A stretch of DNA of 64,000 nucleotides from an uncultured Acidobacteriota bacterium (GCA_963713825.1 CAVQNG010000014.1:256001-320000), one strand, 5' to 3'. Positions 9,447-20,103 are shown, numbered from the stretch's first letter. Program-made: numbers and translations. Notes: generated by a model from the letters alone, not told the origin.

Positions 9447-11768
9447 TCAGCCGGTAATTCGGACGCCGGCCGGTCGCTTGGGCTGCCGGCGATGTGCGAT
9501 CCAGCCCGCCGTGAGGAAGGCGATCTCCACAAGGGCCAGCACTACCATCCACTGGACGACACTGGACTCACCGAAACCGTAGGAGTGGAGGCCGGCGCTG
9601 AGCACGAAGTTGACCCCGATATAGGTCATCAGAACCGCCCAGAAGGCGACGATGCTGAAGGCAGCCGTGCCGAAAGGCCCGATCAGGCGGTCGAACCGAC
9701 CGTGCAAGATCGCCATGTAGGCCAGGAAGGCGATCAACGACCAGACCTCCTTCGGATCCCAACCCCAATACCTGCCCCAGGAGGACGCCGCCCAGATCGA
9801 CCCCGTGATGATCCCGGCCGCCAGGAGGATCGAACCGACGTGCATGTACCAATAGAGGAGCTGGTTCGTATTCCGGATGAGATCCTGGCGATCCTTTTTG
9901 AAAATCTCGATGCCAATCTGCATGTGAGCGAGTAGCACGCCAACGGCAAAGACGGAGTAGCTCACCATCGTGATCGGCACATGGATCGCCAGCCATGGTG
10001 TACCCGAGAGGACCGGCGGCATGGGATGCACAAACGGGTCCATCGGCAGTAGATCCACCAGAATCATGGTCAGGGTCGAGACTATGGCGGCGTTGAGGAT
10101 CACGAGACGATTTCGGATCGAACCCATGGCGACAAGGGCGAAGAGACCGACTCCCCAAGCCAGGAAAAGCATCGACTCGTACATGTTGGAGGCGGGGATC
10201 CGCCCAGCGATCTGCCAGCGGATGGCCAGTCCCCAGGTCATGACGGCAAACCCGGCGAACAGGCCGATCGCAGCTAGCCAGTCCAACCATGGCCGGGGTT
10301 TTACCCAGGCCACCAGGGAGGCGATCGTAGCGATCAAGAGGACGAGCCAGGCGATGCGGGTGGGACGGACACGGTTGTAGGTGATCTCCCGCTGCATGGC
10401 CGTCTGGCTCGGGTATCCGGCGAGGTTGGCTGAGCGCAGTTGCTTCTCGATCGCTTCCAGGTCGGCCAGGCTCTCGACGCGCTCGGGCTGACTCCAATTG
10501 GCCTGAGGGTCGGATGAGTCGGGGATCAGCCGGAGAGTGCGCCGTGTGGTGAACTGCTGCAGCCAGACCAGTCGTCGTTCGATCTCCTGTGCTGCCTTCA
10601 TCTGCGCATCGAGCGGTGCCTCGATCTCGGATGCCCGGCGCGCGTCGCGGATCAGCTCCATGAGTCGGGGAATCGAGGCGAGTTGCTGAAACGAGGCATA
10701 TCGAGTCCCTGGTGGCAGAGAGAGCTCGGCGGCGAGCTCAGAGCTGCCGATCTCGACGATGGGCTCGTTGCTCCAGCGCTCCGGTTCGACGACCCAGCTG
10801 AGGGCCATGGCCACCGGGTCGATGCCATTCCAGGTGCGCTTTCCGGTTACCTTCCAGACGCCTTCTCTGGCGACAGTATCCAGCGGCATGACTCTTCCAT
10901 CGTGCTGCACCGGCAGGGTCCGCAGAGCCGCCACGGTTCGAGCGTCAGGCAGGTTTGTCCCATCGACATCGGCTCGGAGAACGGCCCCCGTGGCGGTGAG
11001 ACCCAGCACCAGAAAGAACAGGGCCAACTTGGGGCCGGGAGCGCCGGACGCGAGCTCCGAGGGTAGCTTGCGGTATTGGTTCAGGCGGGTGAAGAAAACA
11101 GTGATCATGCCGATAATCAGCAGGACGTAGCCGGCGAAGACCAATGGTTGGCCAGGATCTTTGGATACCGACAGAACCGTCATCTCTCGGCCTTCCTCCT
11201 GACGATAGCTGCTCTGGAAGAACCGATAACCGCCGTAGGAGAGCTCGTGGTTCATTTCGATGTCGGCTGAGTACATCTGCCCGACCGGCGGATTCCCGAC
11301 TCGGACCCGACTCCGGAACTGCGCTGGACGCATGGTGCCGGGGTAGTAGTCGATCTCGAAATCGTCCAGATGCACGGTGAATGGGAGGGAGTGCTCGATG
11401 ATCTCGCCGGGACGGCTGGCATCGACAAAGACATTACTCGACTGTCCTTCCCACAAGGCGAGCTGCCCCTCGACCTTGACGAACTGAGTGATACCGGCTC
11501 CCAGCAGAATGATCACGATCGACGTATGGGTGAGGGCGAAGCCGATCCGCTCCTTGCCCCAGGGCCAACGCTCCCAGAGTGAACAGGCGATGTTGATCCC
11601 AAACAGGGCGAGAAGGCCCTGGAACCAAGGTGCGTAGTAGATGCTCCGGGCAGCCTGGGTGCCGAGTCTCGACTCGACGATCGTCGCAGCTCCCAGAATG
11701 AGCACGAGGAAAACCAGGAGCGCGGTATTCAACTTCAAAGATGCCAGCCATCGAATCCACTTGGGCAT
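9447..11768 (-). CDS. ccsA: Fused system II cytochrome c synthase CcsBA (ResB-ResC)
   Basis: N-terminal ResB-like region (conserved TM His in ALTH, MNHELSYGGYRFFQSSY); C-terminal CcsA with WWD motif WAASSWGRYWGWDPKE, LAIHV and GLHSY; GGAGG before ATG 11768. Confidence 0.9.
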   Translation of the reverse strand: MPKWIRWLASLKLNTALLVFLVLILGAATIVESRLGTQAARSIYYAPWFQGLLALFGINIACSLWERWPWGKERIGFALTHTSIVIILLGAGITQFVKVEGQLALWEGQSSNVFVDASRPGEIIEHSLPFTVHLDDFEIDYYPGTMRPAQFRSRVRVGNPPVGQMYSADIEMNHELSYGGYRFFQSSYRQEEGREMTVLSVSKDPGQPLVFAGYVLLIIGMITVFFTRLNQYRKLPSELASGAPGPKLALFFLVLGLTATGAVLRADVDGTNLPDARTVAALRTLPVQHDGRVMPLDTVAREGVWKVTGKRTWNGIDPVAMALSWVVEPERWSNEPIVEIGSSELAAELSLPPGTRYASFQQLASIPRLMELIRDARRASEIEAPLDAQMKAAQEIERRLVWLQQFTTRRTLRLIPDSSDPQANWSQPERVESLADLEAIEKQLRSANLAGYPSQTAMQREITYNRVRPTRIAWLVLLIATIASLVAWVKPRPWLDWLAAIGLFAGFAVMTWGLAIRWQIAGRIPASNMYESMLFLAWGVGLFALVAMGSIRNRLVILNAAIVSTLTMILVDLLPMDPFVHPMPPVLSGTPWLAIHVPITMVSYSVFAVGVLLAHMQIGIEIFKKDRQDLIRNTNQLLYWYMHVGSILLAAGIITGSIWAASSWGRYWGWDPKEVWSLIAFLAYMAILHGRFDRLIGPFGTAAFSIVAFWAVLMTYIGVNFVLSAGLHSYGFGESSVVQWMVVLALVEIAFLTAGWIAHRRQPKRPAGVRITG

Positions 11769-11968
11769 GGAGTCCTCCGAAAGGTTCACCGGACGATGAG
11801 GGCCGAGTATACGGCAAAGGTCAGGCCCTCCGGCGCCTGTATTCGCAGCGGTCGATACGCCTCGATCACGATCTCTCGGCGGTTGCGGCTAGAATGGTTC
11901 GCAGTGCGAATAACAATCAAGAAGACCAGTTGCCGCGAGGCAGGAGATTGCAGGGAAGGGGGAGCTTG

Positions 11969-12565
11969 ATGAGACGTTCAGGTTGGGTGTTGTTGGTGGT
12001 GATGGCATTGACCCTGTCGGGCTGCGGCTACAACACGCTGCAAACCCAGGATGAGCAGGTCAAGGCTGCCTGGGCCGAGGTGCTGAATCAGTATCAGCGG
12101 CGCGCCGATTTGATTCCGAATCTGGTCAATACCGTGAAGGGCTACGCAGAGCACGAGGAAGAGGTTCTGACCGAGGTCACCGAGGCACGGTCCAGGGTGG
12201 GTCAGATCCAGGCCACACCAGACATGATCGAGGATCCGCAGGCCCTGGCCAATTACCAGGCCGCGCAGGGAGAGTTGACGGGCGCTCTGAGCAGATTGCT
12301 GCTGGTAGTAGAGCAGTATCCCGATCTGAAGGCCAACGAGAATTTCCGGGATCTGCAGGCCCAGCTCGAAGGAACCGAGAATCGGATCGCCGTGGCTCGC
12401 AATCGCTATATCCAGAGCGTTCAGGACTTCAATATGACGGTTCGGAGGTTCCCGACGAATCTCACCGCCAAGATCTTTGGCCACGATGTCAAACCGACGT
12501 TCGAGGTTGAAGACGAAGCGGCGCTCGCTCAGCCGCCAACGGTGGAGTTCGGAGACGACAACTGA
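11969..12565 (+). CDS. lemA: LemA family protein
   Basis: LSGCGYN, QYQRRADLIPNLVNTVKGYA, YPDLKANENF and LEGTENRIAVAR motifs. Confidence 0.93.
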   Translation: MRRSGWVLLVVMALTLSGCGYNTLQTQDEQVKAAWAEVLNQYQRRADLIPNLVNTVKGYAEHEEEVLTEVTEARSRVGQIQATPDMIEDPQALANYQAAQGELTGALSRLLLVVEQYPDLKANENFRDLQAQLEGTENRIAVARNRYIQSVQDFNMTVRRFPTNLTAKIFGHDVKPTFEVEDEAALAQPPTVEFGDDN

Positions 12566-12566
12566 G

Positions 12567-13490
12567 GTGAAGTTCAGCGTGCACCGGAGCAGCCCACCGA
12601 GCAGGCTGTTGGCCCTCAGCAGGGAGATCCTCCTTGCCGCCCTGTGGTCGAGCGCCTTGCTGGCTGCCGAGGTTCCGGTGCCGGAGCTCAGCGCTCGCGT
12701 CACTGACCGGACGGCGACACTCGACCAAGCTGCGGTCGCCAGCCTCGAGGAGAGGTTGGCGGAGTTCGAAGCCAGGACTGGAAGTCAAATCGCCGTCCTG
12801 GTGATTTCGACAACCCAGCCTGAAGCGATCGAGCAGTACGCGCTGAGGGTAGTCGAGGCCTGGAGATTGGGACGGGACAATGTCGATGACGGAGCTCTCC
12901 TGCTGGTGGCTCTCGACGACCGCAACGTCCGTATCGAAGTGGGTTATGGGCTCGAAGGAGCGCTGACCGATCTGGTGTCCAGGAGGATCATCAGTGAGTC
13001 GATTGTGCCGAGCTTTCGGTCCGGCGACATTCCCGGTGGCATCGAACTGGGTGTGGATCGGATGATTGCGGTGGCGGCAGGAGAGGACCTTCCTGATCCG
13101 CAGTCCGATTGGGATCCGGGACCCTTGGCAGGTCTAAGGGGACTCCTACCGTTCCTGCTGATTCTGGCGTTCATCGGTGGGACCGTGTTGAGAGCTGTTC
13201 TCGGCCGATTCTGGGGCTCGTTGGCCAGCGGCTCGGTCGTTGGGTTCGTTGCCTGGCTCGTGAGCGGTTTGATTGGGGTGGCCTTGCTGGCCGCCTTCAT
13301 CACTTTTTTCGCCCTGTTGCTCGGCGGTAGCCGAACCGGGGGTGGCAGGTGGTCCAGTCACCCCCGCGCCGGCAGTTCTTCCGGTGGCGGCTGGACTTCC
13401 GGTGGCTGGAGCGGTGGTGGCTTCGGTGGCGGTGGCTTCAGTGGTGGCGGCGGGAGCTTCGGTGGGGGCGGTGCCTCGGGGAGTTGGTAA
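12567..13490 (+). CDS. TPM domain (YgcG-like) membrane protein with Gly-rich tail
   Basis: RVTDRTATL, QIAVL, DDGALLLVA, RIEVGYGLEG; C-terminal GGGGSFGGGGASGSW; usual position after lemA. Confidence 0.9.
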   Translation: MKFSVHRSSPPSRLLALSREILLAALWSSALLAAEVPVPELSARVTDRTATLDQAAVASLEERLAEFEARTGSQIAVLVISTTQPEAIEQYALRVVEAWRLGRDNVDDGALLLVALDDRNVRIEVGYGLEGALTDLVSRRIISESIVPSFRSGDIPGGIELGVDRMIAVAAGEDLPDPQSDWDPGPLAGLRGLLPFLLILAFIGGTVLRAVLGRFWGSLASGSVVGFVAWLVSGLIGVALLAAFITFFALLLGGSRTGGGRWSSHPRAGSSSGGGWTSGGWSGGGFGGGGFSGGGGSFGGGGASGSW

Positions 13491-13987
13491 TGGATCTGTC
13501 TCGTTGCTTTCGACACTTGAACACGACCCGGTGGACCCTTCTACGCCGGTTTCCTCCGCCGACACTCGAGGCGATCGAATCGTTGATTGGCGAGTCGGAG
13601 ACTCGCCATCGGGGGGAGATTCGCTTTGCGATCGAGGGCTCATTGGACGCATGGTCCGTCTTGAAGGGGGTCGAGTCCAGAGTCCGGGCCGTTCAGGTTT
13701 TCGGGGATCTTGGGGTCTGGGACACAGAGGAAAACAGTGGGGTCCTCATTTATGTGCTCCTGGCGGATCGCAGAGTGGAGATCCTCGCTGATCGCGGGTA
13801 CTCGCCTCGCGTTGCGGCGAATGTGTGGGATGAGGTGTGTCAACAAATGGAAAAGGACTTTTCCGAGAAACGATTCGAAGCGGGCGCGCTGGACGGTGTG
13901 CGAGCGGTCGGTGCCATTCTGACCCGGTGCTTCCCGTTGGAGGGAAGAAACCCGAACGAGCTGCCGGATAGCCCAGTAGTTCTCTAG
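13490..13987 (+). CDS. TPM domain protein (second member of the lemA operon)
   Basis: ATG overlaps the upstream TAA; SETRHRGEIRFAIE, VWDTEENSGVLIYVLLADR, NPNELPD. Confidence 0.88.
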   Translation: MDLSRCFRHLNTTRWTLLRRFPPPTLEAIESLIGESETRHRGEIRFAIEGSLDAWSVLKGVESRVRAVQVFGDLGVWDTEENSGVLIYVLLADRRVEILADRGYSPRVAANVWDEVCQQMEKDFSEKRFEAGALDGVRAVGAILTRCFPLEGRNPNELPDSPVVL

Positions 13988-14844
13988 CCAGTGCCGAAAG
14001 CACCCTCAATGAAGGCCCGCGGCCGAATCATCTCGAAACCGAACTTCTGCGCCACCTTGGGTGTGGTCAGAGGACCCATTCCCCCAGCAGCGGCGAACGA
14101 CCAGAGCTCGTTGACGATCGGGGGAAATCCTTCGATCTGACTGCTCGGCGGCAGGCTATGGACCTCGAGGTCTCTGCCGATGGATTTCGCGATCCAAGCG
14201 ACGATCTGCTGGTAGGAACAGGAGCCGGCGCTCAAGGGAATGTCGGCTCGCTGCGCATCAGGATGGTCGAGCACCGCAAGGGCCAGGTCGGCGACGTTCT
14301 CGACGGCGACAAAACCGTACTTTCGAGCCGGATCGCCGATGATTTGGACGGTGTTACCCCTTTGGATCTGGGCCCCGACGACGAAGGCGATCCAAGACTC
14401 CATGAAAAGCGACGGCTGGAGAATCGTATAGCTCAGGCCACTGGAACGAATCGCTTCGGCTGTCGAAGCTTTCGCCCGGGCCAGATCGACGGGAGAGTCG
14501 GTGTTGAACCCAGTCGCCGAGACATAGAGGAATCGGCTGATGCCGGCGTTTTCCGCACACCGAAGGAGGGTGGCATGGCCCTGTCGATCGACGTTCTCGA
14601 TAGAATCTTCGCCGCCCCGTGAAGCCCCAGTCGCCGTCGAGATGATCCGATCGACGCCTCGGCAGGCGGTGTCCACGGTGACGAGCTCCTTGAGATCACC
14701 AAACGCCAACTCGGCTCCCGCCGCCTTCAAGGGGCTCACATCCGACGTGTCGCGGACCAGGACCCTGACCTGCCCGCCCTGTTCCAGGAGGCGTCGGGTG
14801 ATGCGCCCTCCGAGTTCACCTGTTGCTCCAACTACGAGATCCAT
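13984..14844 (-). CDS. NmrA-like / atypical SDR NAD(P)-binding oxidoreductase
   Basis: Rossmann motif LVVGATGELG; VRVLVR, SGLSYTILQP. Confidence 0.85.
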   Translation of the reverse strand: MDLVVGATGELGGRITRRLLEQGGQVRVLVRDTSDVSPLKAAGAELAFGDLKELVTVDTACRGVDRIISTATGASRGGEDSIENVDRQGHATLLRCAENAGISRFLYVSATGFNTDSPVDLARAKASTAEAIRSSGLSYTILQPSLFMESWIAFVVGAQIQRGNTVQIIGDPARKYGFVAVENVADLALAVLDHPDAQRADIPLSAGSCSYQQIVAWIAKSIGRDLEVHSLPPSSQIEGFPPIVNELWSFAAAGGMGPLTTPKVAQKFGFEMIRPRAFIEGAFGTG

Positions 14845-15023
14845 GATGGATCCTCCCTGTGGCGGGTCAATGGCAGCCGTTGCAGACTTCCAGCCAGGTC
14901 GGCGGCTCAACCAAGGTCCGAACTGAGTTTCTGACGACAGTCTATCTCAGGTCGGCAGGCTGTCTGCGGAGGCGTCAGACGTAGGTATACTCGACTGGTC
15001 CATAGATACCGAAAGGAGGCAGT

Positions 15024-15425
15024 ATGAACTTCGGAAAGGCGATCATCGCCGGAGTTGTCGGAGGAATCGCGGTCAACGTGGCTGATTTCGTCATGCACGG
15101 CATGATTATGGCGAACACCTACACGAAGTACCCAGTTTTCACGCAGGAGCAAGCGAATCCTCTGCATTTCACGTTCGTAGCGGTGTGCATGTCGATCATG
15201 GCAGCCATTCTCTTTGCCAAGACTCGAAGCGTCTGGGCGGAGGGTCTCGCGGGAGGTGTCAGCTTCGGGTTCTGGGTCGGGCTGATCGCGTTCTTCGCAC
15301 CTTTCTACAACTCACTGGTGTTCGAGGGCTTTCCCTACTACATGAGCTGGTGCTGGGGTGGCATCAATCTCATTGGATACCTGGTTCTCGGAGCCGTGCT
15401 GGGGTTGATGTACAAGAAGCAGTAG
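15024..15425 (+). CDS. Small four-TM membrane protein, function unknown
   Basis: Strong AAGGAGG RBS; four hydrophobic helices. Confidence 0.75.
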   Translation: MNFGKAIIAGVVGGIAVNVADFVMHGMIMANTYTKYPVFTQEQANPLHFTFVAVCMSIMAAILFAKTRSVWAEGLAGGVSFGFWVGLIAFFAPFYNSLVFEGFPYYMSWCWGGINLIGYLVLGAVLGLMYKKQ

Positions 15426-15561
15426 GTAGCCCGGTTCGCAGCGCCGAATCGCAGCTTGGATCTGCGATCCAACGCTCCTCTCGATCGATTTCGAGACCGA
15501 ATCCAGAGGCTTGTGGTCTGGTACGATCCTGCTTTGTTGGTTTCTCCGGAGGGAGGTCCTA

Positions 15562-18500
15562 GTGATCCATTCGAAGCTCAGGTTGTGTGCAGTGGCGCTC
15601 TTGTCGTCGTCTCTGGTCTGCCTAGCCGGTTTCGCTGCGGCCGCAGTCGCAGATGAGGAGGCGACGCCGTACGATCATCTGGAGTGGCGCAACGTAGGGC
15701 CGGTGAACATGAGCGGCCGGGTGGCTGATGTGGAGGGGATTCCTGGCGACCCCAACGTTCTCTACGTCGGCGCGGCCTCGGGAGGGGTATGGAAGACGAT
15801 CGATGGAGGATTGAGCTTCGAGCCGATCTTCGATGATCAACCGATTGCCAGTATCGGTGATTTGGCGCTGGCTCCCTCGAATCGCGATGTGATCTACGTT
15901 GGGACCGGAGAAGCCAATGTCCGCAACAGCGTCTCCTTTGGCAACGGCGTTTACAAATCGACCGACGGCGGGCAGAGCTGGAAGCACATGGGGCTCGACG
16001 ATACTCGTCACATCTCTCGGATCGTCGTTCATCCGACCAATCCCGACATCGTCTACGTCGGCGCCCTGGGTCACATCTTCGGACCGAACGAGGACCGAGG
16101 AGTCTTCCGCTCCACGGATGGAGGTGCCAGCTGGGAAAAGGTGCTCTACCTCGATGATCGGCACGGCGTTTCCGACCTGGACATGGATCCGACCAATCCC
16201 AACATTCTCTACGCCGGTCTTTGGCATTTCGAACGCAAGCCCTGGACCCACCGTACCGGCAGCGAGGAAGGTGGAGTCTGGAAGACGGTAGATGGAGGAG
16301 ACAGCTGGGAGAAGCTGGACGAGGGGTTGCCGAAGCTGATGGGACGAATCGGTGTCAAAGTCGCGCCGAGCAACTCTCAAGTGGTCTACCTGATTGTCGA
16401 GTCTGATGAGGGAACCTTTTTCCGCTCAAGAGACAGGGGAAAGACGTTCGAGAAGATGACGGACAATGTGCAGATCGTGTCGCGCGGTCTGTACTACACC
16501 GACATGCGCGTCGATCCACAGGACGAGAATCGCGTCTACGCCATCTCGAGTCGGCTCTTCGCATCCATCGACGGTGGCCGATCCTGGGAGCGCATCTCGA
16601 GAAGTACCCACGTGGACTTCCACAGCCTCTGGATCGATCCGCTGGATCCAACGCGAATATGGCAAGGGCAGGATGGGGGCATCGCCGTCTCTTACGACCG
16701 TGGCGGCACGTGGGATCCAATCCGAAATCTACCGATCGCGCAGTTCTATCAGGTCTTTCATGACAACCGGGAGCCCTTCTACTACCTGGGAGGCGGCTTG
16801 CAGGACAACGGCACTTGGTACGGCCCGAGTCGAACCCGAGAGCCCGCCGGCATTCTGGAAGACGACTGGAGAATGATGAGTTTCGGTGACGCCTACTGGG
16901 TGGTACCGCACCCGGACGACCCTGAGCTCTTCCTTTCCGAGTACCAGGGGGGCGGAATTGTTCGCACCGATATGCGTACTCGGCAGCAGATCGATGTTTC
17001 ACCGCAGCCGAGGCGAAATGACGGTGGCCCAGTGGGGGTGCTCGAGTATCGCTTCAATTGGAACGCTCCCATTGTCCCGTCACCCCACGATCCACACACC
17101 ATCTACTTTGCCGGCAACGTTGTGTTCAAGACGCAAGACTTCGGTGATACCTGGGAGATCATCAGTCCTGATTTGACAACTGACGATGCCGAGAAACAGG
17201 GAGAAGCCGGTGGACCTGCTTGGACGGAGAACACTACCGCCGAGTACCACACGACCTTGATCAGTTTTGCGGAGTCGCCGGTTCAGGCCGGCATGCTGTG
17301 GGCCGGGTCCGATGACGGGCGGCTCCATGTGAGCCAGGACGGTGGTGGCGAGTGGTCCGATGTCACCGCCAACGTACCTGCGATGCCCGAGTTCTCTCCT
17401 GTCTCCCACATAGAGCCATCGAGAACAGCGGCAGAGGTGGCCTACGTCGCTTTCGATCGCCACATGTTCGACGATTTTGCTGCCCATATTTTCGTCACGA
17501 ACGATTCTGGCGGCACTTTTCGCCGCATTTCCGACGGCCTTCCCGAAGGCGCATGGGTATGGGTGGTCCGGGAGGATCCACGCAACCCCGACATGCTCTG
17601 GGCGGGTACCGAACTGGGCCTCTACACCTCTCACGATCGGGGAGGGACCTGGCAGCGCCTACACCTGAAGAATCTGCCGACCGTGTCCATCCATGATGTG
17701 CTTGTCCATCCACGAGACAATGATCTGATTCTGGGGACGCATGGGCGGGCGATTTGGGTCTTCGATGATGCGACACCCCTCCAGGAGTTCGATCCCTCCG
17801 ACAAGGAGCAGGGCATTCGGCTCTTCAGCGTGCGGCCGGCGTTGAGATATCCCTCCCGCTTCACTCGTTACGGGCTGGGAGACAGGCGCCACAAAGCTCC
17901 CAACCCACCTGCTGGCGCCCTGATCACCTACTACCTCAGCGAAGACTTGGAGGAAGAGGAGGGCGGTGGCTCCGGAGAGGAGGACGAGGAAAGCAAGGAC
18001 TCGGAGGGAGAAGTCGGCGAGGACGCCGAACGCTTGGAGATCGCCATCCTCGATTCTTCCGGTGAGACGATCCGAACCCTGGATGGGGAGAATCTGGGAC
18101 GCAAGAAGGGGCTCAATCGAGTCGCGTGGGACCTGGCCATGGATGGCCCGCGCCAACGAACGGACGAGAAAGCCGAGGTCAGCGAGTTCGACGGTCCCGC
18201 GCGGGGTCCCTGGGTCCTACCAGGCACCTATACCGTGCGTTTGACGGTCGACGGGGAAGTCGTGGAGGCTCCAGTCCAGGTCCGCGTCGACCCGACCATC
18301 GAAGTGAGTCTCGAAGATCTGCAGGAGCAATATCGAGTCGTCAGGTCCCTACAGGAAAGAGTCTCGGTACTCAACGATGGGCTGCGGAGGATCGATGTCG
18401 TAAGCGCCCAGTTGGAGGCCCGTCGCGAGACCGCCAAGAGTCTGAAGCAGGAGCTACCTGAGGATCTACTCACGGCCCTCGAAGAGTATGAAAGTGCCAC

Positions 18501-18792
18501 CTCCGAGCTACTGGATGAGTTGGCGCGAGCCGAGGACAAGCCCTACTGGAGTCAGGGGCCACGTTTGAGCGATCGCTTGCAGTCCCTGGCAAGGGATATC
18601 GACGGGCAGTTTGCTGCACCGACCCGCGCCCAGATGGACTATCTTGCGGAGCTCGAATCGGAGTTCGCCGAGAAGGTGGCAAGGGTCAATATCCTGTTCA
18701 CCGAGACACTGCCAGCATTGAACGCTCGGATGCAGGAGCAGGGAATCCCAGGAGCCCTTCTCCCAGCGGCCCTGGAGCTGCCGGCCCCTTAG
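15562..18792 (+). CDS. VPS10/sortilin-like BNR (Asp-box) beta-propeller exported protein
   Basis: GGAGG then GTG 15562; WRNVGP...SGRV, repeated S/TxDGGxxW Asp-boxes, GGLQDNG, LGTHGR; helical C-terminus. Confidence 0.88.
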   Translation: MIHSKLRLCAVALLSSSLVCLAGFAAAAVADEEATPYDHLEWRNVGPVNMSGRVADVEGIPGDPNVLYVGAASGGVWKTIDGGLSFEPIFDDQPIASIGDLALAPSNRDVIYVGTGEANVRNSVSFGNGVYKSTDGGQSWKHMGLDDTRHISRIVVHPTNPDIVYVGALGHIFGPNEDRGVFRSTDGGASWEKVLYLDDRHGVSDLDMDPTNPNILYAGLWHFERKPWTHRTGSEEGGVWKTVDGGDSWEKLDEGLPKLMGRIGVKVAPSNSQVVYLIVESDEGTFFRSRDRGKTFEKMTDNVQIVSRGLYYTDMRVDPQDENRVYAISSRLFASIDGGRSWERISRSTHVDFHSLWIDPLDPTRIWQGQDGGIAVSYDRGGTWDPIRNLPIAQFYQVFHDNREPFYYLGGGLQDNGTWYGPSRTREPAGILEDDWRMMSFGDAYWVVPHPDDPELFLSEYQGGGIVRTDMRTRQQIDVSPQPRRNDGGPVGVLEYRFNWNAPIVPSPHDPHTIYFAGNVVFKTQDFGDTWEIISPDLTTDDAEKQGEAGGPAWTENTTAEYHTTLISFAESPVQAGMLWAGSDDGRLHVSQDGGGEWSDVTANVPAMPEFSPVSHIEPSRTAAEVAYVAFDRHMFDDFAAHIFVTNDSGGTFRRISDGLPEGAWVWVVREDPRNPDMLWAGTELGLYTSHDRGGTWQRLHLKNLPTVSIHDVLVHPRDNDLILGTHGRAIWVFDDATPLQEFDPSDKEQGIRLFSVRPALRYPSRFTRYGLGDRRHKAPNPPAGALITYYLSEDLEEEEGGGSGEEDEESKDSEGEVGEDAERLEIAILDSSGETIRTLDGENLGRKKGLNRVAWDLAMDGPRQRTDEKAEVSEFDGPARGPWVLPGTYTVRLTVDGEVVEAPVQVRVDPTIEVSLEDLQEQYRVVRSLQERVSVLNDGLRRIDVVSAQLEARRETAKSLKQELPEDLLTALEEYESATSELLDELARAEDKPYWSQGPRLSDRLQSLARDIDGQFAAPTRAQMDYLAELESEFAEKVARVNILFTETLPALNARMQEQGIPGALLPAALELPAP

Positions 18793-18942
18793 CGTTTCTG
18801 GCGGCTTCGACTCGTGGTCGGCGCGACTCTGGTGTTAGATCCTGGGCAGAGCCGAGAGGGATTCTGCCTGTAGACTGGGGTGCCACGCCGGCAGCGGCGA
18901 ACGGACAGCAGTGCTGGTTCCGGACTCGGAGACGCCCTCAAG

Positions 18943-20103
18943 GTGAGCAAACTGACCCGATCCCTGACCAAGCCCCTCTGGTACCTGGAGGGGTTCATGG
19001 ACGAAAGTGGCAGGTTGTACCGGGTGCCGATCCACTCGCTTCCCTTCAGAGTCGGACGCGAGGCTGGTCTCGAGCTGACCTTGCCGCTTCAGGTGGTCTC
19101 TTTTCGGCACGCGGAGTTGTACGAGCGCGATGGCCGCCTGATGGCGCGCGACCTCGGAAGCACCAACGGCACATTCTTGAACCAAGAGCCTGTGGTCGGT
19201 GAAGTGCCCTTGGACGAGGGCGACATTCTACATTTCGCCACCCTCGAGTTCCGCCTTGGCCTGATGGAGGCCGAGAGCAGCGAGAGCCTGATCGGATCGA
19301 CCGCCATCATCAGCGCGAGGATGCCGCAGTTGGTGGTCGAGAAGGCTGAACGCCTCCGCGTCCTGCTGGCGCAAGGTGCGGTGCGGCATGTCTACCAACC
19401 TATCGTCGGCCTCGCAAAGCGAGAACTCCTGGGATACGAGGTGCTCGGCAGAGGGGACTTCGAGGGTCTTCCTACTGCTCCCTATGAGCTCTTCGATCTG
19501 GCAGCAGTGCTGGGAATGGAGGTGGAGCTCAGCGAGCTCTTGCGTCAGAACAGCTTTCCGGAGTGCGCCTCCTTTCTCGGTTCGCCCCGCTTCTTCTTCA
19601 ATACGCATCCCCGAGAGTTGCGTGAAGATCGTTTGTTGAGGTCGCTAGAGAGGGCCAGGTCCGAGTTTCCGCAGATACGGATGGCGATCGAGATCCACGA
19701 GGCGGCCGTGACCGATTCGAAGATGATCCAGCGCCTCATGGCCGACCTGCAGCGTCTCGACATTCTGCTGGTCTACGACGACTTTGGCTCCGGTCAGGCG
19801 CGACTGCTCGAGTTGGCCGATGTGCCGCCCGACTATCTGAAGTTCGATCGTAGTCTGATCCAGGACATCGATGGTGCGCCCCCGGCTCGCCGCCAACTCC
19901 TGGCGAGCCTCGCCGCGATGGCGTTGGACCTGGGGATCGACCTGATAGCGGAGGGAGTGGAAAGTGAAGAGGAGGCCAAAGTCTGTCGGCGAATGGGCTT
20001 CGCCTACGGGCAGGGCTTCCTTTTCTCACGTCCCGAGTCGAGCGACCAGTTGAGTCAGGGGGGCGGCGTCGAGGGGCTGGACCCATCGCCTGACCAAAAG
20101 TGA
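18943..20103 (+). CDS. FHA + EAL domain c-di-GMP phosphodiesterase
   Basis: FHA motifs VGR, VSFRHA, DLGSTNGTFLN; EAL motifs YQPIV, YEVLGR, EIHE, DDFGSG, LKFDRS, AEGVE, GQGF. Confidence 0.9.
   Translation: MSKLTRSLTKPLWYLEGFMDESGRLYRVPIHSLPFRVGREAGLELTLPLQVVSFRHAELYERDGRLMARDLGSTNGTFLNQEPVVGEVPLDEGDILHFATLEFRLGLMEAESSESLIGSTAIISARMPQLVVEKAERLRVLLAQGAVRHVYQPIVGLAKRELLGYEVLGRGDFEGLPTAPYELFDLAAVLGMEVELSELLRQNSFPECASFLGSPRFFFNTHPRELREDRLLRSLERARSEFPQIRMAIEIHEAAVTDSKMIQRLMADLQRLDILLVYDDFGSGQARLLELADVPPDYLKFDRSLIQDIDGAPPARRQLLASLAAMALDLGIDLIAEGVESEEEAKVCRRMGFAYGQGFLFSRPESSDQLSQGGGVEGLDPSPDQK

Noticed and set aside
13380-13490. GGTGGC/GGCGGT tandem-like repeats
   Set aside because: They encode the normal Gly-rich tail of TPM/YgcG proteins and are not a DNA repeat element.
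17940-18030. Purine-rich GAG/GGA low-complexity tract
   Set aside because: It encodes an acidic loop within the VPS10-like protein.
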